From the NCBI GenBank assembly GCA_039815185.1, contig JBCBZT010000026.1:44205-108204 (forward strand): a DNA stretch of 64,000 bases. Direction: 5' to 3'. The notes beneath the pieces are model-generated. The model saw only the letters and a list, made by a program, of their open reading frames with translations, was not told the origin of the DNA and made no database searches. The position numbers and the translations under genes are program-made. This stretch comes from Cyanobacteria bacterium P01_A01_bin.123. GTDB lineage: Bacteria; Cyanobacteriota; Cyanobacteriia; Phormidesmidales; Phormidesmidaceae. Positions 51,827 through 61,653 of the stretch are shown here, piece by piece; position 1 is the first letter of the stretch; each line of letters begins with the position of its first letter.

Positions 51827-52699
51827 ATGACCCTTGGGAAAACCTGGTTAGATTACAAAGGTGCGCAGCGAGAGATCGAGTTAGCTGCCAACACGGTTGC
51901 CCATATTTCCGTCACGATTCGCTACATCGATATCGGCACAGACCAAAACGGCACCATTTTACTGATGCACGGGATTCCCACGTGGGGATTTCTCTATCAC
52001 GCGGTGATTCCGCCACTGGTTGATGCAGGCTATCGGGTGATTGCACCTGATTTTCTAGGGCATGGCTGGTCCGATCGGCGCGATCGCTTTGATCGATCTT
52101 TTCAAGATCAGGCCCGGATGATTTGCGCTCTCCTAGACGTGCTGGCACTACCCCAAGTCCACGTTGTGGGACACGATACCGGCGGCGCAGTTGCCCTGAT
52201 TTTGGCCATTGAACATTCCCAATTCGTCAATCAGCTGGTTATTTCTAACTCAGTTTGCTACGACCGCTTTGATGACGACATGCTGGATTTTGGTCATCCC
52301 CTGCGGTGGAAGCCCCGCCCTGTTGATGATTTAGTGGCTGCCTTAGAAGAGAGCTTGGCCATGGGGATTTCTCGCTCTGAGCGACTGACGGCAGACTTTC
52401 GCGCCGGGATTATTGCCCCTTGGGCCAGTGAAGAAGGGAAGTTGAGCCTGCTGCGCAATGCCTCAGCGCTGAACGCCAATCAAACCATGGCGCTAGTCGA
52501 TCGCCACGGCAGCGTGACGGCCCCTACCCTAATTTTATGGGGCATGGATGACCCCTGGCAAAAAGCTGAGGATGGGAAGCGTTTGGCCACAGAAATTCCT
52601 AACGCGATATTCCAGCCAATCAAAAACGCCTCCCACTGGATTCAGCAAGATGCCCCTGAAGAATTTGCAGGGGCATTACTCCAGTTTTTTACCCCATAG
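51827..52699 (+). CDS. Alpha/beta hydrolase (epoxide hydrolase/haloalkane dehalogenase-like, Asp nucleophile)
   Basis: HGIPTW, PDFLGHGWSD, GHDTGG, WGMDD, ASHWIQQDAP. Confidence 0.88.
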   Translation: MTLGKTWLDYKGAQREIELAANTVAHISVTIRYIDIGTDQNGTILLMHGIPTWGFLYHAVIPPLVDAGYRVIAPDFLGHGWSDRRDRFDRSFQDQARMICALLDVLALPQVHVVGHDTGGAVALILAIEHSQFVNQLVISNSVCYDRFDDDMLDFGHPLRWKPRPVDDLVAALEESLAMGISRSERLTADFRAGIIAPWASEEGKLSLLRNASALNANQTMALVDRHGSVTAPTLILWGMDDPWQKAEDGKRLATEIPNAIFQPIKNASHWIQQDAPEEFAGALLQFFTP

Positions 52700-52705
52700 A
52701 ATTGA

Positions 52706-53767
52706 CTAACTTTCGGTGCTGCGATCGCGCTTTAACCCCAAACCGACTAACCCCAGCGTCAATAGCCCAGCCACGACACCCGGTTCAGGCACGCTGGCCT
52801 TGAACAACAAACCGATGGGGCGTTGCAAGACGGGTGAGGTGTCTGCAATCAAGATCCGCTCTCCGGTTGTTGTATCAAACTTCAATAGAGACCCGATGGC
52901 TGTTGCCCCCGTATCAAAGCCCACAGTATATAGCTCGTCTTTAGGACCAAACGTCAGACTGCCGATAAAGTTGCTGCTCGGTATTGTCTCGGTGTAGTTG
53001 GTGTCAAAAATATCCAGCTCTGCACCACTCAAAAAGTCGTAGCGCCGAATCCCATTGGCAAAGTCACTCACGTACAAATCACCATCCTGAGGACCAATCG
53101 CCAGTCCCAAGAAACTGACAAAGCCAAAACTGCTCGGAAAGGGCGTGGGTTGGGGCACAAACACCTCGCCCATGCCGGTTACGATGTCGTACCGCAATAT
53201 CTGGCTATCGAAGAGAAATTCGATCTCGCCGTCTGCATCAGCAACACTACCTTGGGTCGTCACATAGAGTTGGCCGTCAGGCCCAAACAATAGGCCATTG
53301 GGGCCGTTCAGCCCTGCGCTGGTGCCATCACCCTGAGCAAAGACATCGACAAATTCACCGGTGAAGGCGTCGTAGCGCAAAATTTGATCAGAGCGGAAGC
53401 TGCTGACATAGAGCAGCCCATCCGGGCCAAAGGCCAAACCATAGGGGCGGAGTAAGCCACCCCCCGAGGCAAATTTATCAATCAGCGCCCCAGTCTGGCT
53501 GTCAAACCGATAGATGGCTGAGGTCTCTCGGGTTGTACCACTACTGATATATAAATCGCCATCTGGCCCATAGGTGAGGGTATCTGGACTTTCAAACCCC
53601 GCAAACGGTGAAATGAACTCACCCAAAAAATCACCTGTCTTTTCATCCAGCGCCACGATATTGTTACCTGTCGTGTTGCCAATCAAAATTGCAGCTTGAG
53701 CAGGCAGCAAACTCATGCTGCCCAGTGTAACCACTGACGATAGTCCAAGAACGGCGGTAATTCTCAT
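52706..53767 (-). CDS. PEP-CTERM surface protein with beta-propeller (NHL/Vgb-like) repeats
   Basis: Signal peptide, repeated L.FGPDG.LYVS units, C-terminal VPEPG-TM-KRDR. Confidence 0.88.
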   Translation of the reverse strand: MRITAVLGLSSVVTLGSMSLLPAQAAILIGNTTGNNIVALDEKTGDFLGEFISPFAGFESPDTLTYGPDGDLYISSGTTRETSAIYRFDSQTGALIDKFASGGGLLRPYGLAFGPDGLLYVSSFRSDQILRYDAFTGEFVDVFAQGDGTSAGLNGPNGLLFGPDGQLYVTTQGSVADADGEIEFLFDSQILRYDIVTGMGEVFVPQPTPFPSSFGFVSFLGLAIGPQDGDLYVSDFANGIRRYDFLSGAELDIFDTNYTETIPSSNFIGSLTFGPKDELYTVGFDTGATAIGSLLKFDTTTGERILIADTSPVLQRPIGLLFKASVPEPGVVAGLLTLGLVGLGLKRDRSTES

Positions 53768-53951
53768 ACCCAGGAAATCCTAATTGTTGACTTAGCGAAT
53801 CAAATTGTGACAGCGAAAGTCAATCTAAAAAGCGTTTTTGACTACAAAAGCAAACCGCACGGCTGGTGTATTGTGAGCGCTGGCTCACCAGCATTTGCGT
53901 TTTAAGCTAGCTGCAAATCCGAGAATTGATTCTTTTTTGATTCCCTCAGAG

Positions 53952-55319
53952 ATGATGTCTAAGAACAACAGACCGATTCAACACGTTGCTATTGGGGTTG
54001 GATTAGCGGTTTCTATAGTGCTCCAAGCGCCTGCTGCTTTTGCGGGTTCTCTCGTTTTGACGGGGGGAAGCTGGGCATTTCCCGGTAGCGGTGGAGAGGC
54101 TGAAGACTACGGCATCTCTATCTATGAGGAAATTGTGGAACTGGCAGGCGGTATCGACAACGCCAAAATTGGGATTATCTCCACCGCCAGTTCTAATCCT
54201 GAACGATCGGCAGGATTCTATCTCGAAGATTTTGACATCCTTTATGGAGATGCCGCAGATGTAGCGTGGATTCCGATCACGCAGGATACCTGCGACACGT
54301 TTAAGAATGACAGCACCTCCGCGATCGCAACCCAAATCAAAGACCGCAACAGCTTTATTTTTACGGGCGGCGACCAGTCATTCATTACAGACTGTTTCTT
54401 CAATGAAGACCCGATTGCCCAAACCCGCACCAACACAGCGCTGATCGAAGCCCTGCGAGAGCAGTTTGACGAGGGGGCCGTGATTGCAGGCACCAGCGCC
54501 GGTACCGCAGTGCAACCCGTTGAGCCAATGATCACCAATGGCGAAACCTACGAAGCTTTGCGGGACGGAACCTTCAGTTTTGTCGGCAGCCCACCGTTTG
54601 ACAACACGCTCTACTACAATCCGTTGGGGGGATTGGGCTTTTTTGAATATGGCTTAATCGACAGCCACTTTAGTGAACGGGGACGGCAAGGCCGACTCAT
54701 TCGGTTGGCCGCAGATTTGGGCGTTGAAACCACCTATGGGGTGGATGAAAATACTGCCCTGGTTGTGACTGGAACGGGCACACCTGATGTGAACTTTGAA
54801 GTCTTGGGTGAAGGGGGGGTGTTTATTTCTGATCTGGCCAAAGCTGAAGTGGGTGAGAAAAATGGCTATTGGACGATTGCTGGGGCAGCGGCAACCTATC
54901 TAACCGAAGGCGATCAGTTCAACCCGCTGACGAAAACGGCCTCCTTTGGCGACAAAACCCCTTTGACTGGACAATCGCAATCGGTGCCGCTGACGGAAAA
55001 TATCTTTAGCTATTTTGATGATGATCTGGGGGACTGGACTGACCCGCGAGCGTTTACCGAAACTGCGATCGCGCTGTTTAATAGCGAAGCTGACACGGTT
55101 TTTGGTGAAAGCTTTGAAAGTGATCCTACCTATGGGGTTACCCTAACGAAACTGCTCGCATCACAGGGATTTTCTGGCCTAGATAGTCAGGGCAGCTTGA
55201 AAGTCTCGTTTGAAAATTTAGCCATTGATATTGAGCCTGTGCCAGAGCCGGGAACAGTTTTAGCGCTGCTGGGGTTGGGCATTTTGGGCCTTGGCATCAA
55301 GCTGAAGCCAAAAATTTAG
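53952..55319 (+). CDS. Secreted cyanophycinase (peptidase S51) with PEP-CTERM anchor
   Basis: Signal peptide ending AAFA; FTGGDQS, GTSAG (Ser), IDSHFSERGRQGRL (His), GVDENTAL (Glu); C-terminal VPEPG-TM-KLKPK. Confidence 0.9.
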   Translation: MMSKNNRPIQHVAIGVGLAVSIVLQAPAAFAGSLVLTGGSWAFPGSGGEAEDYGISIYEEIVELAGGIDNAKIGIISTASSNPERSAGFYLEDFDILYGDAADVAWIPITQDTCDTFKNDSTSAIATQIKDRNSFIFTGGDQSFITDCFFNEDPIAQTRTNTALIEALREQFDEGAVIAGTSAGTAVQPVEPMITNGETYEALRDGTFSFVGSPPFDNTLYYNPLGGLGFFEYGLIDSHFSERGRQGRLIRLAADLGVETTYGVDENTALVVTGTGTPDVNFEVLGEGGVFISDLAKAEVGEKNGYWTIAGAAATYLTEGDQFNPLTKTASFGDKTPLTGQSQSVPLTENIFSYFDDDLGDWTDPRAFTETAIALFNSEADTVFGESFESDPTYGVTLTKLLASQGFSGLDSQGSLKVSFENLAIDIEPVPEPGTVLALLGLGILGLGIKLKPKI

Positions 55320-55378
55320 TTTCCTATATCAACCCTATAGTTTTCATAGGGAATTACGCCGTAGTTTTAGAAAATAGG

Positions 55379-55420
55379 GTAGCAACGAGTACTTTCCTGG
55401 TTTCCTCCTATCGATATGCT
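55379..55420 (+). promoter_or_regulatory. Canonical NtcA-activated promoter GTA-N8-TAC-N22-TAN3T
   Basis: GTAGCAACGAGTAC at 55379-55392, 22-nt spacer, TATGCT at 55415-55420. Confidence 0.7.
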
Positions 55421-55602
55421 GACCCTTTAAAGTGTTGTTTAGGGTTGAGAAAAAATAATCTATTTGACTTTTAACTTAGCTCAGGTCACATCCGATTTAA
55501 AGCTTGAATTTAAACACTCCGCTCTAAAGTTTTTTTAGGGCTAGTTCAAAGTGTGAGTGTTGACCTTTTTCACTGTAGATAGATAAGGACTCATGCAGTT
55601 TT

Positions 55603-56403
55603 ATGAAACGGAAGCGCTTTTTAGTTATAACGGCTGCGGCTGCTCTTTTTACCTTGGGTGTCGCGACCGCCTGCACGTCTCCCGGTGAGAACGGAGCAGC
55701 CGAGACAGAGGGCGATCAGGTTTTGGTGATGGCCACCTCTGCGGACTATCCCCCCTATGAGTTTTATGAAACCGCTAGCGGTGACGGAGAACCGATCGGG
55801 TTTGATATTGACATTGCCAAAGCAATTACAGAAAAGCTGGGATATACCCTAGAGATTGAGGATATGGAATTTAACGGCATCATCCCGGCGCTACAAGCCG
55901 AACGGGCTGATTTTGCCATGGCGGGCATGACCCCCACTGAGGAACGCCTGGAAAGCGTCGATTTTTCCCAAATTTACTACGACGCCAAAAACACGATCAT
56001 TTCAGCGGCAGGGGCAGGGTATGCCAGCTATGAAGATTTAGAAGGAAAAACGGTGGGTGTCCAGCTCGGCTCGATCCAAGAAGGAGAAGCCAAGGAGCAA
56101 GCGGAAACGATCAGCATGACAATTGAACCGCGAAATAAGGTTAGTGAATTGATTCAAGAAATCAAGGCGGGGCGTTTAGATGCTGCGATTGTAGAAGACA
56201 CCGTGGCCAAGGGCTACGTTCAGAACACTGAAGGTCTGGAATTTACCACCATAGAGATTGAAGGGGTCTCTGGTTCCGCGATCGCCTTTCCAAAAGGGTC
56301 TCCGCTGGCGGCCGAATTTGATCAGGCACTCACCGAAATGACTGAAAGTGGTGAGCTCGACGAGCTGATTAAAATCTGGTTTGAAGATTACTACGACCAG
56401 TAG
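55603..56403 (+). CDS. Polar amino-acid (arginine-type) ABC transporter substrate-binding lipoprotein
   Basis: Lipobox ATAC; ATSADYPPYEF, GFDIDIA, GMTPTEER, VQLGSIQ. Confidence 0.9.
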   Translation: MKRKRFLVITAAAALFTLGVATACTSPGENGAAETEGDQVLVMATSADYPPYEFYETASGDGEPIGFDIDIAKAITEKLGYTLEIEDMEFNGIIPALQAERADFAMAGMTPTEERLESVDFSQIYYDAKNTIISAAGAGYASYEDLEGKTVGVQLGSIQEGEAKEQAETISMTIEPRNKVSELIQEIKAGRLDAAIVEDTVAKGYVQNTEGLEFTTIEIEGVSGSAIAFPKGSPLAAEFDQALTEMTESGELDELIKIWFEDYYDQ

Positions 56404-56475
56404 ATTTGACAGTAGATCTGTGCGTGGATAAGGGTTTGCCGTTGTCTTTGATCGGAGTTGAATGTGTTGTTCCCA

Positions 56476-57153
56476 ATGCCGCTGATTGCGGCTTTAGATT
56501 TAGATTTCAGCCGGGTGCTGCCATCCCTACCGTTTATCTTGGGGGGGTTGTGGGTCACTATTCAGTTCACAGTCCTATCTGCCCTACTGGGGTTTATTTG
56601 GGGCACCATCCTGTCGTTGTGCAAGATTTCTAGTTTTAAGCCGCTGTACTGGTTTGGCACGATATACACGTCTATCTTTCGCGGTACACCCTTACTAGTG
56701 ACGCTGTCGCTAATTTACTTTGCCACCCCCCAGCTGACCGGGCAGGATATTTCTGGATTTCAGGCTGGGGTGATTACCTTTGCGCTTAACTCCGGGGCTT
56801 ACATTTCTGAGGTGATTCGAGCCGGTATCTTGGCGGTCAATAAAGGCCAACGGGAAGCGGCGGTTTCCCTGGGGGTACGCTACCGTCCAATGATGTTGGA
56901 CATTATTTTGCCCCAGGCAATCAAAAACATTTTGCCCGCCTTGGTGAATGAATCCATTGCCTTGCTCAAAGATTCCACGCTGGTCTCTGTGATTGGGGCT
57001 CAGGATTTACTGCGTCGGGCCCAAATTGTGGCGGCTGAAAAATATGTCTATTTTGAACCCCTGTTGATTGTGGCGGTCGTGTATTACATCATTGTGATGG
57101 TGTTGTCAGTCTCGGCAACGTTCCTAGAGAGACGTTTACAAAAGAGTAGTTAA
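56476..57153 (+). CDS. Polar amino-acid ABC transporter permease
   Basis: [31 protein letters not shown]. Confidence 0.93.
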   Translation: MPLIAALDLDFSRVLPSLPFILGGLWVTIQFTVLSALLGFIWGTILSLCKISSFKPLYWFGTIYTSIFRGTPLLVTLSLIYFATPQLTGQDISGFQAGVITFALNSGAYISEVIRAGILAVNKGQREAAVSLGVRYRPMMLDIILPQAIKNILPALVNESIALLKDSTLVSVIGAQDLLRRAQIVAAEKYVYFEPLLIVAVVYYIIVMVLSVSATFLERRLQKSS

Positions 57154-57155
57154 CG

Positions 57156-57926
57156 ATGTCTGAATCACCTTTCCCTCAAGCCGCTGAGCAATCTGGTACG
57201 GTCGCCATTCAAGTCCGCCATCTGGCTAAATCCTTTGGGCCCCTCAATGTCTTAAAAGATATTTCAACGGATGTGGATAAAGGGGAAGTGGTGGCGATGA
57301 TTGGCCCCTCAGGGTCGGGGAAATCTACGTTTTTGCGGTGTATTAATCTGCTGGAAATGCCGACGTCTGGCAGCATCCAAATCAACGGCATGGAAATCAC
57401 CCATCAAAAAACAGATGTGATGGAGATGCGTCAACATGTGGGAATGGTGTTTCAGCACTTCAATTTGTTTCCCCATATGACGGTGCTGCAAAACATTACG
57501 TACGCTCCAGTCCGGGTTAAAAATGTGGCTAAGGCTAAGGCTAAGGCCAAGGGCATGGAATTACTAGAAAAGGTTGGTCTGGCTGAAAAGGCAGATGTGT
57601 TTCCGTCTAAGTTGTCGGGGGGGCAAAAGCAACGGGTCGCGATCGCCCGTGCCCTAGCGATGGAACCCGAAATTATGCTGTTCGATGAACCCACTTCGGC
57701 CCTCGATCCAGAGATGGTAAAAGAGGTGCTAGACGTGATGAAAGATCTAGCCGTGAGCGGCATGACAATGGTGATTGTCACCCACGAGATGGGGTTTGCC
57801 CGAGAAGCCGCAAACCGAATTTTGTTTTTAGATCAGGGCTATGTGGTGGAAGATGCCACCCCGGAAATCTTTTTTAGCACGCCCAAAAGTGAGCGTGCCT
57901 GCCAATTTCTTGAGAAGGTTTTGTAG
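57156..57926 (+). CDS. Polar amino-acid ABC transporter ATP-binding protein
   Basis: [27 protein letters not shown]. Confidence 0.94.
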   Translation: MSESPFPQAAEQSGTVAIQVRHLAKSFGPLNVLKDISTDVDKGEVVAMIGPSGSGKSTFLRCINLLEMPTSGSIQINGMEITHQKTDVMEMRQHVGMVFQHFNLFPHMTVLQNITYAPVRVKNVAKAKAKAKGMELLEKVGLAEKADVFPSKLSGGQKQRVAIARALAMEPEIMLFDEPTSALDPEMVKEVLDVMKDLAVSGMTMVIVTHEMGFAREAANRILFLDQGYVVEDATPEIFFSTPKSERACQFLEKVL

Positions 57927-58083
57927 CGCGATTGAAACAACACGACTCATCCCTGGCGAGGTTATTAATTTATCGGGCGATCACCTCGAATTTTATATCA
58001 GGAATATTTCCCCGATTGGGTACAGTGGGTTCAAGAGAAGTGGTTTAGGAAAATTACTTTCTTCTATCAGAAACAGAATAGTC

Positions 58084-58364
58084 AAGCCAATTCGAATCCA
58101 GACCGATGTCCTCAGTGATCACTGGGTGACCATTCTCATTACCGAAATGGGGCGGGTATTCCTGAAGCCATTGGCAGTCAAGTGTTTGATCCATTTTTTA
58201 CAACTAAGGTTGTTAGTAAAGGGACAAGTTTAGGCTTATCCATTAGCTACCAGATCATTGTTGAAAAGCATTGTGGCAAACTATGGTCTAACTCTAAGTT
58301 AGGGCAGGGAACTGAATTTGTTATTCAAATCCCGGTTAACCAAATGATGTCTAAGGCAGCATAG
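58084..58364 (+). pseudogene. Remnant of a histidine kinase HATPase C-terminus
   Basis: IRIQT..WVTILIT, frameshift near 58145, then NGAGIPEAIGSQVFDPFFTTK..KGTSLGLSISYQIIVEKHCG..GQGTEF; no N-terminal part. Confidence 0.85.
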
Positions 58365-58429
58365 GTTCAGACATCATGATCCGGTTAACCAAATGATGTC
58401 TAAGGCAGCATAGGTTCAGACATCATGAT
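58332..58429. repeat. Perfect 49-bp tandem duplication with internal inverted repeat
   Basis: 58332-58380 equals 58381-58429; each unit contains ATGATGTCT...AGACATCAT. Confidence 0.95.
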
Positions 58430-60481
58430 TAAGTGCACCGGATCGAGCCGCACATTCCAGGGAAAGGGACGGCTTCTCAGCAGTTCCCACTTTTCTCGAT
58501 AGACTTCCGCATGTAGGTGATAGTCATGGGGAGATTTGGGTTCACTGTGAAGCTTGATGTAAAGCGTGACCCGGTGCTGGGTTTCACTAATCATGGCTAA
58601 CCAACCGGGGAACGTATTGCTCTGGTTGGCTCGCTTCAAAAACTGGATATGGTGAGCACGAATACCCAAATAGGCGATATTAGGCGGTATCGGATCAATC
58701 ACTTCCAGGCGGCACCCCCAATCTAGTCCCTCGACATGCTGAGCATCTGCCCGACGACCGCGGGAAAAGTTTTTGCATTCCGTCACCTGGGCGACCTCAA
58801 AGGTGGGTGGGCGCTCAAAGATATCTTCTTTGGTACCTTCCGCCAGAATTTCGCCATTGGAGAGGACTAACAGATTAGAACAGACGCGATAGGCTTCCTC
58901 CAGTTTGTGGGTGATGAATAGAGTGACGCCCTTATAGGTGGAAAGTACGTCGATTAACAACTGTTCGATTTGGCTACGTAGGTAAGTGTCGAGGGCAGAC
59001 AGCGGCTCATCCAACAGTAGAATATCTGGCTGAATCGCTAGGGCTCGGGCTAGAGCCACCCGCTGTTGTTGCCCCCCGGAGAGCTGATGGGGATAGCGAT
59101 CGCCCAAACCCGATAGCTCCATCATGTCAAGATAGTTGATCACTTGAGCGACTCGCTGGTCTTTGGGAATAGCCTGCATGCCAAAAGCGATATTTTGCGC
59201 CACAGTCAAATGAGGAAATAGGGCGTAATTTTGGAAAACAAGGCCAACTTTGCGATCGCGGCTAGGGACATTCACCCCAGTTTGAGAATCAAACAAAACC
59301 CGACCATTCAGCACAATTCTGCCTTGGGATGGGGTTTCCAACCCAGCCACGCAGCGCAGCGTCATACTTTTACCTGAGCCCGATGCCCCCAACAAACCCA
59401 ATGGTTCATGCAGGGTTCTAAACTGAGTTTTGAGGTGAAATCCTGGCACCTGTTTTTCGATCTGCACGACCAGTTCAGCAGCGGAGGGGTTCTGGATTGA
59501 TCGAGTCAGTGGGGTAGTTTCTAGGCTTGAATGGGTTGAGTATTCAACACCGCCTTGGTAGATGGGTTGCCAGTCCATGCCTGCAACTGGTGATGGCTTA
59601 TCTGCATTAGGGGTGCCCACTAGCGCCGGAACTTTATCACTGTCCATTGAAGCTGAGGATGACGCCCTGTCAACGCCAGTGAATGGCCCGCTCAGATCGG
59701 GTTGGCGTCTAGCTAAACCCGTTGGAAAATGCCAAAATTGCTGCCTTATGAATTTGCCAAAGTAGACCCGATTAAACCCTTGCTTCGTCAAAATATTAGG
59801 GTTAACTTTCGTTTGCGACCGAGGCCGGTTGCCGTAACCAATCCCGGTAATCACTGCTAAAGAAACGGCCACCATCAACAAAACCCAAGCCAAGGCCACC
59901 GTCATTCGTCCTGCTTCTGCGGCAAAAAAGATTGCAATGGGAATCGTCTGAGTAACGCCGGGAATGCTGCCGCCGACCATGAGCGTCGCGCCAAATTCTC
60001 CTAGAGCCCGGGCAAAGGCCAAAATTGTGCCCGCCAGTACCCCCGGCCAGGCTAATGGCAGTAAAACCTGCCAAAAAATTCGCCATTCTGATGCACCTAG
60101 GGTGCGGGCAGAGCTCACCAACGTCAGGTCAATCTGCTCAAACGCACCCAGCACGGTTTTGTACATCAAGGGGAAGGCAACCACCGTGGCAGCAATCACG
60201 GTAGCGGGCCAGGTGAAGATGATTGAGATGCCTAATGCGTTGAGTAACTGACCGACCGGACCGTTTTTGCCCAGCAGCAGCAACAGCAAAAACCCCACGA
60301 CCGTTGGCGGTAGCACTAGCGGTAGGGTGAGAACGCCGTCGATTAAGCTGCGGGCCCGACCGCGATAGGTCATCATCCAGCGGGCTGCGGTAATCCCTAA
60401 TAGAAACGCCAGTAGGGTAGCCGTCAATGTAGTTCTTAGGGAAATCCACAGCGGCGTAAAGTCTTCGGGGATAGCGATCAT
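58400..60481 (-). CDS. modBC: Fused molybdate ABC permease/ATPase (ModB-ModC)
   Basis: LPLVLPPTVVG and ARALGEFGAT (ModB); GASGSGKS, LSGGQQQR, LLDEP (ModC). Confidence 0.93.
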   Translation of the reverse strand: MIAIPEDFTPLWISLRTTLTATLLAFLLGITAARWMMTYRGRARSLIDGVLTLPLVLPPTVVGFLLLLLLGKNGPVGQLLNALGISIIFTWPATVIAATVVAFPLMYKTVLGAFEQIDLTLVSSARTLGASEWRIFWQVLLPLAWPGVLAGTILAFARALGEFGATLMVGGSIPGVTQTIPIAIFFAAEAGRMTVALAWVLLMVAVSLAVITGIGYGNRPRSQTKVNPNILTKQGFNRVYFGKFIRQQFWHFPTGLARRQPDLSGPFTGVDRASSSASMDSDKVPALVGTPNADKPSPVAGMDWQPIYQGGVEYSTHSSLETTPLTRSIQNPSAAELVVQIEKQVPGFHLKTQFRTLHEPLGLLGASGSGKSMTLRCVAGLETPSQGRIVLNGRVLFDSQTGVNVPSRDRKVGLVFQNYALFPHLTVAQNIAFGMQAIPKDQRVAQVINYLDMMELSGLGDRYPHQLSGGQQQRVALARALAIQPDILLLDEPLSALDTYLRSQIEQLLIDVLSTYKGVTLFITHKLEEAYRVCSNLLVLSNGEILAEGTKEDIFERPPTFEVAQVTECKNFSRGRRADAQHVEGLDWGCRLEVIDPIPPNIAYLGIRAHHIQFLKRANQSNTFPGWLAMISETQHRVTLYIKLHSEPKSPHDYHLHAEVYREKWELLRSRPFPWNVRLDPVHLIMMSEPMLP

Positions 60482-60520
60482 GGCGAGTTTTCGCAGCAAT
60501 GCTAATGGATGGGGCAATCG

Positions 60521-61354
60521 TTATTCAGCCATTGAAAAGCCATAGTCTACGAAGATGGCCACGGCAGTATCCGTGGATAGAAAATCCACAAATGCCTGGG
60601 CGGCTTCTGCGTTGGTGCTATCTTGCACAACAGCCACAGGATAAACGATTGGGGAATGGGTGTCGGCAGGGGCAGTGGCGATCGCCTGCACCTGATCTGA
60701 TAGCAGCGCGTCGGTGGCATAAACTAAACCCGCATCTACGTTACCCGTTGCCACATAAGACAACACTTGCCGCACATCTTTGCCAAACACTAGCTTCGAT
60801 TGCAGGGGTTCAAACAGGGTCATCGCCGTCAACACTTCTTTGGCATAGCGCCCTGCGGGTGAACTTTCGGGTTCACCGATGGCAACTTTGCTGATCGAGT
60901 CAGCGTCGAGAGCCTGGAAATCGGTAATGTTAGTCTCAGCCTGGGGCACAATCAAGACTATTGCGTTTTGCAGTAAGTTTTGACGAGACCCCTCAAGGAT
61001 TTGATCTTCTTCTTCTAAATTGTCCATCCACTTTTTGGATGCGGACAAAAAGACGTCAGTGGGGGCACCTTGGGCAATTTGCTGCGCCAGCGATCCTGAT
61101 GGGCCGAAATTGTAGGTGATTGTGACGTTTGGGGCTTCTGCTTGATAGGCTGCCTGCACCTCATTCATCGCATCCTGCACGCTGGCGGCTACAGAGATGG
61201 TGAGTTCAACCGATTCAGCAGACGAGACAGTCGTGTCAGCAGAATCCTCACCAGCCGATGGGGGGGTGACCACGGCAGGACTACAGCTAAGCATACCCAG
61301 GCAAGTGATCAATGCCCCGGTGGATAAGGCAGCAAAGTGTCGTCTCTTGATCAT
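60521..61354 (-). CDS. modA: Molybdate ABC transporter substrate-binding protein
   Basis: AASVQDAM, GPSGSLAQQIAQGAPTDVFLSA, PAGRYA, DAGLVYATD. Confidence 0.95.
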   Translation of the reverse strand: MIKRRHFAALSTGALITCLGMLSCSPAVVTPPSAGEDSADTTVSSAESVELTISVAASVQDAMNEVQAAYQAEAPNVTITYNFGPSGSLAQQIAQGAPTDVFLSASKKWMDNLEEEDQILEGSRQNLLQNAIVLIVPQAETNITDFQALDADSISKVAIGEPESSPAGRYAKEVLTAMTLFEPLQSKLVFGKDVRQVLSYVATGNVDAGLVYATDALLSDQVQAIATAPADTHSPIVYPVAVVQDSTNAEAAQAFVDFLSTDTAVAIFVDYGFSMAE

Positions 61355-61364
61355 GGGTTATGTC

Positions 61365-61637
61365 CTATTGAGGCTGAGACTGGGGAGAAAGCCCCAACTG
61401 GTGAGCCAATTCTCGGGCGATAAAGATCAAGAATTTAGCCGCGTCGGGATTGTCGTTATGGGCAAAGTAGCTGGCGACCTGCATCAACGTGTTGACAAAT
61501 CCGGCATCCAGTAAATCGGGTTCAGCATTGAGGATGTTGGGTTCTTCTCCGTTATCACAGGCTAATAATCGATCGATTAGAGCCATATAAGACGCTTGAC
61601 GAGGATCGGGGGGAGCAGCACTGGGGGAAGTTTGCAT
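61365..61637 (-). CDS. Small conserved cyanobacterial hypothetical protein
   Basis: R..Y..LI..LL.C..GEEP.IL...DLLDAG helical motif; fits between cysK and modA with GAGAG RBS. Confidence 0.7.
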   Translation of the reverse strand: MQTSPSAAPPDPRQASYMALIDRLLACDNGEEPNILNAEPDLLDAGFVNTLMQVASYFAHNDNPDAAKFLIFIARELAHQLGLSPQSQPQ

Positions 61638-61653
61638 GGGTTTTTCTCTCAAC

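Noticed and set aside
57841..58233. 130-aa ORF after the ABC ATPase
   Set aside because: Overlaps the ATPase out of frame; only its distal part belongs to the frameshifted kinase remnant.
58332..58429. Possible CRISPR array
   Set aside because: Only two abutting copies, no spacer, and no cas genes in the window.
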